Positions 55,160-64,000 of a DNA stretch of 64,000 nucleotides are shown piece after piece. Where the stretch lies: NCBI RefSeq assembly GCF_902652985.1, contig NC_047024.1:12400001-12464000 (forward strand), given 5' to 3'. Within the stretch, counting starts at the first letter, position 1, and the number at the start of each line of letters is the position of its first letter. Source of the stretch: Pecten maximus. Its lineage: Eukaryota. The position numbers and the translations under genes are program-made. The notes under the pieces were generated by a model. It had not been told where the DNA came from. It ran no database searches and saw only the letters and a program-made list of their open reading frames with translations.

Positions 55160-56420
55160 CATGAAATTTACAGATATATATACGATAAATGATACATTTT
55201 AATGGTACTAATACACAGGTGGTGTTGGAAGGAGGGGTTTAGATTGGATATGAGGAGAGTGGCAGGAAGAGAACGAGAAAAGAAAGGGAAGAGAATTAGC
55301 TACCTGGGTATTTGATTGGACAAACTCATATTAAATGTTTAATCTTTTCGAACCTGATATGAACATTTGTACAGACATGTAAATAAGAATATTATGGTTA
55401 GTATCGAGATTTGCGTCCCTAAAAAGAAGATGTTCCACGGTGATTTCTTTGTACCAGTTAAGGGATTGAAGCATTATGCTTCTGACTCGATCATATTTTT
55501 TACAGTGTAGTGAGAAATGAGAGGAGTTTTCACAAAGGTGACCGCATTCGTAGGTAGAGTTTGCTGAAAGATGGGCCTTATGAAGATGATATTTTAGAGG
55601 ACTACAACGATAACGTAATTGACAATGTATTATATTGACTTTTCTTTGCCCGTATTCGAGAATTTTTTAAATTGGAATTGGAATGGTATCTCTGGAGATA
55701 GAAAGGTTTTTAAATGTCTGATGGATTGTGATGATTTTGCTTCTATTGCTAGGTTATTCCAGGACTTTGATGTACTTGGTATAAAAGATGATTTTGTGAC
55801 TTGTAGTCTATAAAGTGGGCTATGGAAATCATCTCTGTTTCTAAACTAAAGTATAGGTGGGAGTAGGGACTTTAAATAAGGAGGAGAGTTATCGTTACAA
55901 ATATTATAAAACATACACAATTTTCTATTTCTTCGTCTGTCTGCTAGTGACTGCCATCTAAGTTCCCTATATATGTATTCTTTCTTAGTAAAGATAGGTA
56001 AACCGGTAATTATTCGACCTGCTTCATACTGCATATTCTCAAGTTTATTAGTTTAAGTGGCGTTACAGTTATCCCATACTTCGGAGGCATAGTCGAAAAG
56101 TGGTCTTATAAAGACAAGGTATATATTTTCTAAGTTTATTTAAGATGTATTCTAATTTTCTAAGAGTTGCTATTTATTTAGTAGTTTTAATTAAAATGTC
56201 TTCAATGTGGTAATTCCATGTACCACTGCTCTTCATAACTACACCTAGATGTTTGTGATTGTTTACAACAGGGATTGGCGTACAGTGCGGTGTTGTCGGC
56301 AAAGAGCCTAGTATGAGATAGTGTATTAGATATAATAGTGATCGCAAACAATGCTGGATGTATTATCGGTTCCATATGTACTCTAGGAAGTAAAAGAGGA
56401 TATTGTTTTCCGCTTATAAA
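55160..56420 (-). mobile_element. 5'-truncated, decayed CR1-group LINE (RT C-terminal half, CCHC-like tail, 3' UTR)
   Basis: Minus-strand translation: TRLFADNTALY (YADD motif), YLVFIRPLFDYASEVWDNC, QYEAGRIITGLP..YRELRWQSLADRR..KLCMFY, SSFIPSTSKSWNNL, ECGHLCENSSHFSLHCKKYDRVR. Stop at 55331, followed by a pyrimidine-rich 3' UTR. Confidence 0.9.
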
Positions 56421-56424
56421 TGAT

Positions 56425-58110
56425 ACACGTATTATGTATATTACACGTATTATATATAATACACGTATTATATATATTACATGTATCATGTATATTACAC
56501 GTATTATATATATATTATATGTATTACATGTATTGTATATATTACACGTATTATATGTATTCCAAGTATCTATTAATTACACTATTTTAGATATTACACT
56601 ATTATATATATTACACAATTTTATATATTACACTATTATATATATTACACGTATTATATATATTACACTATTTTATACATGCATATTACACTATTATATA
56701 TATATTTCTTTATTATAAAAATATATTACACCCATTATATATATTTCACGTATTATGATTACCACATGCATTATATATACGTATTACATATATTAAACTT
56801 AATATATACATTACACGCATTATATATACCTATTATACATTTTACACTATTACATACATTATACATATCATACATACCTATTATATATATCACACGTATT
56901 ATATACTTATTACACGTATTATATACCTATTATATATATTAAACGTATTATATACCTATTATATATATTAAACGTATTATATACCTATCATATATATTAC
57001 ACGTATTATATACCTATCATATATATTACACGTATTATATACCTATTATATATATTACACTTATAGTATATCTATTATATATATTACACGTATTATATAC
57101 CTTTTAAATATTACACTTATTATATACCTATTATATATATTAAACGTATTATATACCTATCATATATATTACAAGTATTATATACCTATTATATATATTA
57201 CACTTATTTTATACCTATTATATATATTACACTTATTTTATACCTATTATATGTATTACACGTATTATATATGTATTACACGTATTATATATGTATTACA
57301 CGTATTATATATATTACACTTATTATATATCTATTATATATATTACATGTAGTTTATATATCACACGTATTATAAACCTATTATATATATTACACGTATT
57401 ATATACCTATTATATATATTACACGTATTATATACACGTATTATATATATATTACACGTATTATATACCTATTATATATATTACACGTATTATATATGTA
57501 TTACACGTATTATATATGCATTACACGTATTATATATGTATTACACGTATTATATATGTATTACACGTATTATATATGTATTACACGTATTATATATATT
57601 ACACGTATTATATATGTATTACACGTATTATATATGTATTACATGTATTATATATGTATTACGCGTATTATGTATATTACACATATTATATATTTATTAC
57701 ACGTATTATATATATTACACGTAATATATATGTATTACACGAATTATATATATTACACGTATTATATATATATTACACGTATTATATACCTATTATATAT
57801 ATTACACGTATTATATATGTATTACACGTATTATATATGCATTACACGTATTATATATGTATTACACGTATTATATATGTATTACACGTATTATATATGT
57901 ATTACACGTATCATATATATTACACGTATTATATATGTATTACACGTATTATATATGTATTACACGTATTATATATATTACACGTAATATATATGTATTA
58001 CACGAATTATATATATTACACGTATTATATATATTACACGTTTTATATATGTATTACACGTATTATATATATTACACGTATTACAATATCTATTATACGT
58101 ATTATACATT
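56425..58110. repeat. AT-rich ~16-20-bp minisatellite (TATTACACGTATTATATATG)
   Basis: Dozens of ATTACACGTATTATATA units. The Y/I/T-rich ORFs here are artefacts. Confidence 0.95.
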
Positions 58111-59089
58111 GTATGTTTCTATTATACATCAGTTTGGTTACCTGTATCCTTTATTTGCGTTAGATGATCACTAAAACGGTTGATATTTAAAACATGATTG
58201 AACAGTTACAACTTTATACATTTACTGTGGTATCCTTTTATTTTTTAAATCAAACCGTCCTCAACTTTGTGCCACAATACTCATATCCATATTAAACACT
58301 TTGAATGCATTATACAGCAATTTAATCTGCTAGTGAACATATACAATATGATATAAAGATCCTATAGCAATACTAGTATGCTCTAAAACAAATCAGGCGA
58401 ATAAAAATCATTTCCTTTTAAAACTGTTAAAACATGTGGAAGCAATTAGAATTTGTATTTTGTTGATATTTAACAAAGGTACATTGCTTTTTAAAATCAA
58501 ATATTCGTGAACCTGACATTATGTAACAGTGATATCGTGATAAAATGAAGGACAATCCATCCTTGTTGAGGAATGTCGGAAGTCTTTTAAATCATCCCCA
58601 TGTCATTTTAACAATATTTCTACGCTCTTAAGGATATGCTGTATGTAGGAAGATTTCGCCGCAGTTTAACGCACGCCCATTTAACCTCTATAATAGCAGC
58701 GGGGCTAAAATTCGTAGTTAAAGATGAAATGTTGAATCACAGAAAACAGAAAAACATTCTGGGATAATTCAGAATCATAAATAAAAAAAAACAAAAACAA
58801 TGAATGCCTTCATGTTTAAGTTGTATTTAGTTAGTTAATTCAAAGACAATGAGGTCGTAATATTCATAACGGGGATTACTTGGGGGTATTGGCGGCCATT
58901 TAGAGGCGGATTCAACAATAGAAATTGTTTTATGTAATAGAGAAAAAAACGATGGAGTATACATAAATCAGTCGGTCATTTCAGAATTTTAACATTTTTA
59001 CATTATCAGGAATATCTATTAAGACAATAAAGACAATGTCTACTCATTTGCTTTTCTTACTCATCATCTAAAATGTTGATTTGGGTTCA

Positions 59090-59570
59090 TTATGAAGTGA
59101 TATTGTGCTAAAACTGTAGAGATTGTACAAACTGCCTACAAGAAGAAACCAGACAAAGCGATAAAGTTTTGTTTAAATTGCTTGTTACACGATGGAATAG
59201 ACTTGTCATAACGTAAAGATAGACTAAACTTCGATATGAAAGCGTCGCTGAGCGACCTGTTGATAATGACACAAACTCCATGAATTTTAACAACGACATT
59301 ACGTGAGGTTTTGTGTCTTGTCAGTCATCCAGAATATTACCTAGAAAGGTTTCATATGTTGATATGTATTCTACAATGAGATATAAGTATACAATAGTTA
59401 AAGCAAGGAAAACGTAAACGCAAGTCGAGACCATAGAATGTTGGCATTCTATTAAATGGAAAATGCTTTGATAAAATGTATATGTAAATACGACTGAGGA
59501 ACAAAACCCAGACAAAAGAACATGTATACTGTATATGCAAATTCTTTGTTGAAATGACTAGGCACAAACG
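59090..59570 (-). pseudogene. Decayed class A GPCR fragment (TM1 to TM4)
   Basis: Minus strand, shifting frames: FAYTVYMFFCLGFV/IYIYIL (TM1), STCVYVFLALTIVYLYLIVEY (TM2), LLKFMEFVSLST (TM3 start), SLRYDKSIPSCNKQF (DRY.KIC.P..KQ-like), FIALSGFFL*AVCTISTVLAQY (TM4). Confidence 0.4.
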
Positions 59571-60249
59571 TATGCTTGCGAATATCCGCACCACTACACC
59601 CCATTTTTCTTTATCTTTATTAGTCTGATTTCTATTTTATGTGCTAAATATTGATAATATGTGCATATATGTTTTTCATATTTGATATTTATATTGAATC
59701 ATTATGTTTTTAAACCTAGCTGCACTGACGGATATTTCACATTCTTTTCGCTAAAACTAGAGATTTTGGCTCTTAATAAGTTCGCCTGATCTGGTTCAGG
59801 TAGAGAGACTGAGAACATTTATTTGGTATGAGTAATATTGCTATGGTATAAAAATAAAGAAAGATATCTTATCTAAAAAAATCAAATCATTGTTGTTAAT
59901 GAGATCCTGATATAATACTTAATACGACTACTCTGCCTGGTATCCCAATATACTATACACGGTATATTTGTAGTTTTTATGTTTTATTTTGTGATCTATA
60001 CTTTGGTCTGTATACATATACAATATCTCATTGCTATAGTAGCAGGTAAATTACGACTTTTAATATTTCCCTGATTGTGTTAATATGGCGTAAGTGTTAT
60101 CTGGGTCTTTAATAAAGTAAACAGTGATCTTTCTGTAACAATTTAGCTAGTTATGAATATGAAAAATCTTGAAGTTTTCAGTTATTTTTAATGTAAAATT
60201 ATTCAACTTCTTTTTAAAAGATAGAAAAATCCCACCTAGAGCAATGTAG

Positions 60250-60571
60250 TATTAAGACGACTGCTGAGAGATCAAACTAGCTTTGTGTCGAGTCGACGGA
60301 AGTCTCTGTACCTTCTCGTCATTCCACATGTTAAAGGGAGATGTCACATACAACCCAGAGAGTAGCGAACTCCGGACAAAGGCTGAGGAAAGCCAACATT
60401 GAAATATGTTAATGTCAGGAGTTCCAGAAAGGTAAGTCGTTTTACAAGAAACAATGCTTGAGTGGAGCAATGTTTAAGTGCGAATATAAAGTGTGGTAGT
60501 AACTGCCCATTGTAAATACAAAGTAGATTGCTAAATAATGTTATAGAGAAAATGAAAAAAATAAATGTCAC
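60250..60571 (-). pseudogene. Possible decayed class A GPCR fragment (TM1 to TM3)
   Basis: ORF track gives FIFFIFSITLFSNLLCIY..PHFIFAL (GNxLV/TM2-like), then IVSCKTTYLS and LSGVRYSLGC in adjacent frames. Weak similarity only. Confidence 0.3.
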
Positions 60572-60739
60572 TCAAAACACTGGACGCTGACAAGTGCCTG
60601 TTAAACAAACGGGAATCTACTGCAGGACCTCTCTTTACAGAAATTCGAGAATGTTTGTATACATAAGAAATGTAAAATACGTTTAACGGTATGCACTGAA
60701 TATGATACTGTTTATTTTTTCAATATGTTATTAGTATAG

Positions 60740-60900
60740 TATTTGCTTATTGATATGGTTTTGGTAATATGTTTAATTATATTATTTGTGTAATATGATT
60801 GACTATATGAGTTTGTAGCATGATTATAATTATATGATTTGTGTAGCATGATTAATTGTATGGTTTGTGTAATATGTTTAGTTATACTATTTGTGTATTT
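60740..60900. repeat. Degenerate ~25-bp AT-rich repeat
   Basis: Recurrent TTTGTGTAATATG(A/T)TTAATTATAT. Confidence 0.6.
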
Positions 60901-61559
60901 AATGTGCGTATCTTATTGAAATGATGTAAATTTGATAATTGTGTAAATAAATGCTTATTTAATTTATGTAATATTTTGTGTTAATGATTTCTTTTCATGT
61001 TCTTATTTACACCAACTGTCCTTCTTGTGCAAGTTAATCTCATGCATATGATTTACATATCATTTTTGTGTATATATTTTGCGAATCATTTTAATGTAAA
61101 TAATTTTGTATCATTTTGAGTATAACTTTCGTAAATATTTTGTATGCACTCGTATAATATTTTTAAACATATTTGTATATGCTTTTTACTTATTATTGTG
61201 TGTGCATCGCGTTCGATTATATTATTATTATAATATTATTTATGAGATATTTTCTTTGTTTGTTACATTGTGTTAACTGTTCCAGTCTTTGGTTGAATAC
61301 AAACAATCTGTAATATATTGTTGTATATTATTTCCATATATATAATTCCTTTTCAATGTTTGTTCCTGTTATCTGTGTGATGTGTCTGTGTGTATACCGG
61401 TGGTAGACGAGATCGGGGCCAGACTAGTGACAGGGTTATTTGGGGACATTATAGCCGGTGTACCTTACGTCTTTGACGTGACAATATCTCATTTTGATGC
61501 TGCCGTATATATACCGCACATTTACACCAAGATACTTTTTGAATCGATCAATACTCTTA

Positions 61560-62135
61560 TTTCCTAGAAAGCTATTTTCACGGAAATAATTTTTCGACTA
61601 CAACCTTTGTCGTTATTGTTTAGGATTTCTGTGTGAATCTATAAAATACAATGTGTTTAGTGTCATTTTTCTATCATCCCCTCACACCACCGTCAGATTG
61701 ATCACATTTGGACCACCAACCAATAGGCTATTTGACCAATGATGCCGACAACAATAGCGTCAGTGGCAATGACCTTTGGATTCGTTTTTATGCGTGAAGA
61801 GAAAAAATGCCTATAGATATCATATGACGACAGATAGCGAGTGATGTACAATTTTATCGTTTTAATAATCGTTTGGATATTTCTTTCTATGTCTCCAAGG
61901 AACCAAACAATAGGAGAAGATGTAAGACTGAAATTGCAATTCCTGCAAAAAATTCGATAAAACCTCAAAAAATCCATCAAATGAGAACAAAATATGACCC
62001 AATATACATCGTTATACGGAAGTCTGTGGAAACGGATAGAGAGAAAAAACAACCTGACGGAGACCTACCTGTCCCTCAAAACATATTTGATTTCGACAAA
62101 TTGAAATTATGTACCAAGAAATATGCCTATGCCAG
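61560..62135 (-). pseudogene. Class A GPCR pseudogene fragment (TM3 to helix 8); N-terminal part replaced or interrupted by the 30-bp satellite
   Basis: Minus strand: LSKSNMF*..SGCFFSLSVSTD (TM3), FFAGIAISVLHLLLLFG (TM4), SLSVVI*Y (TM5), IVVGIIGQIAYWLV (TM6), NTLYFIDSHRNPKQ* (LYFINSxxNPxxY-like), KNYFRENSFL (helix 8). Confidence 0.5.
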
Positions 62136-62159
62136 GTAATTAAGTAATGATTATAATAA

Positions 62160-64000
62160 ATGTCATGTCAGAGTTATATTGTCCTGTAACTGACATTTCA
62201 GAGTTATATTGTCCTGTTACTGTCGTGTCAGAGTTATATTGTCGTGTTACTGTTGTGTCAGAGTTATGTTGTCCTGTTACTGTTGTCATAGTAATATTGT
62301 CCTGTTACTGTCGTGTCAGAGTTATATTGTCGTGTTACTGTCGTGTCAGAGTTATATTGTCGTGTTACTGTCGTGTCAGAGTTATATTGTCGTGTTACTG
62401 TCATGTCAGAGTTATATTGTCGTGTTACTGTCGTGTCAGAGTTATATTGTCCTGTTACTGTCATGTCCGAGTTATATTGTCGTGTTACTGTCGTGTCAGA
62501 GTAATATTGTCCTGTTAGTGTCGTGTCAGAGTTATATTGTCGTGTTACTGTCGTGTCAGAGTTATATTGTCATGTTACTGTCGTGTCAGAGTTATATTGT
62601 CGTGTTACTGTCGTGTCAGAGTTATATTGTCGTGTTACTGTCGTGTCAGAGTTATATTGTCCTGTTACTGTCATGTCAGAGTTATATTGTCCTGTTACTG
62701 TCGTGTCAGAGTTATATTGCCGTGTTATTGTCATGTCAGAGTTATATTGTCATGTCAGAGTTATATTGTCCTGTTACTGTCATGTCAGAGTTATATTGTC
62801 GTGTTACTGTCGTGTTACTGTCGTGTCAGAGTTATATTGTCGTGTTACTGTCGTGTTACTGTCGTGTCAGAGTTATATTGTCCTGTTACTGTCATGTCAG
62901 AGTTATATTGTCGTGTTACTGTCGTGTTACTGTCGTGTCAGAGTTATATTGTCGTGTTACTGTCGTGTTACTGTCGTGTCAGAGTTATATTGTCCTGTTA
63001 CTGTCATGTCAGAGTTATATTGTCATGTCAGAGTTATATTGTCGTGTTACTGTCGTGTCAGAGTTATATTGTCGTGTAACTGTCGTGTCAGAGTTATATT
63101 GTCATGTTACTGTCATGTCAGAGTTATATTGTCCTGTTACTGTCATGTCCGAGTTATATTGTCATGTTACTGTTGTCATAGTAATATTGTCGTGTTACTG
63201 TCGTGTCAGAGTTATATTGTCGTGTTACTGTCGTGTCAGAGTTATATTGTCGTGTTACTGTCGTGTCAGAGTTATATTGTCGTGTTACTGTCATGTCAGA
63301 GTTATATTGTCGTGTTACTGTCGTGTTACTGTCATGTCAGAGTTATATTGCCGTGTTATTGTCGTGTCAGAGTTATATTGTCGTGTCAGAGTTATATTGT
63401 CGTGTTACTGTCATGTCAGAGTTATATTGTCGTGTTACTGTCGTGTCAGAGTTATATTGTCGTGTTATTGTCGTGTCAGAGTTATATTGTCGTGTTACTG
63501 TCATGTCAGAGTTATATTGTCGTGTTACTGTTGTGTCAGAGTTATATTGTCGTGTTACTGTCGTGTCAGAGATATATTGTCGTGTTACTGTCGTGTCAGA
63601 GTTATATTGTCATGTTACTGTCGTGTCAGAGTTATATTGTCCTGTTACTGTCGTGTCAGAGTTATATTGTCGTGTTACTGTCATGTCAGAGTTATATTGT
63701 CGTGTTACTGTCGTGTCAGAGTTATATTGTCGTGTTACTGTTGTGTCAGAGTTATATTGTCCTGTTACTGTTCGTGTCAGAGTTATATTGTCGTGTTACT
63801 GTCGTGTCAGAGTTATATTGTCGTGTTACTGTCGTGTCAAAGTTATATTGTCGTGTTACTGTCGTGTCAGAGTTATATTGTCGTGTTACTGTCATGTCAG
63901 AGTTATATTGTCGTGTTACTGTCGTGTCAGAGTTATATTGTCGTGTTACTGTCATGTCAGAGTTATATTGTCGTGTTACTGTCGTGTCAGAGTTATATTG
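62160..64000. repeat. 30-bp satellite array running off the window end
   Basis: Unit GTCAGAGTTATATTGTCGTGTTACTGTCGT, with 20- and 40-bp variants. Confidence 0.97.

Noticed and set aside
59100-59480. Plus-strand PIF1/Helitron helicase-like words (EETRQSDK, GILLNGKC)
   Set aside because: Only two short, weak matches; the minus-strand GPCR reading has more collinear motifs.
61900-62135. Plus-strand internal exon candidate (AG acceptor at 61899, GT donor at 62136, open frame), with a donor near 60431
   Set aside because: No recognisable protein, joining the two gives an early stop, and the opposite strand is better explained as a GPCR remnant. Not fully excluded without RNA-seq.
14674-63955. 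Long repetitive ORFs (130-290 aa) in the arrays at 14.7-16, 47-51.7, 53.7-54.6, 57-58 and 62-64 kb
   Set aside because: They are produced by stop-free units of length divisible by 3 and are broken by non-triplet variants, with no splice or codon evidence.

Overview
AT-rich eukaryotic (animal) genomic DNA. The repeat families (tRNA-derived SINE, HINE/Helentron-like element, tRNA-containing LTR, CR1 and Penelope-like remnants) suggest a bivalve mollusc, possibly a scallop; this is inference. No intact protein-coding gene can be supported, and nearly all ORFs in the track are chance ORFs or tandem-repeat read-through. About 1-42 kb looks like a long intron or regulatory region, with a possible minus-strand promoter and first exon at ~42.2-42.9 kb, dotted with MITEs, SINEs and minisatellites. 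About 44.5-62 kb appears to be a decayed tandem cluster of single-exon class A (rhodopsin-like) GPCR genes, all on the minus strand. These were recognised only by manual translation across frameshifts. They are interleaved with a 54-bp satellite, a Penelope-like RT remnant that seems to have spawned a 42-bp in-frame satellite, a CR1 LINE, an AT-rich array and a 30-bp satellite. All protein-family calls are by eye and need HMM confirmation. No prokaryote-type system (CRISPR, operon) is present.
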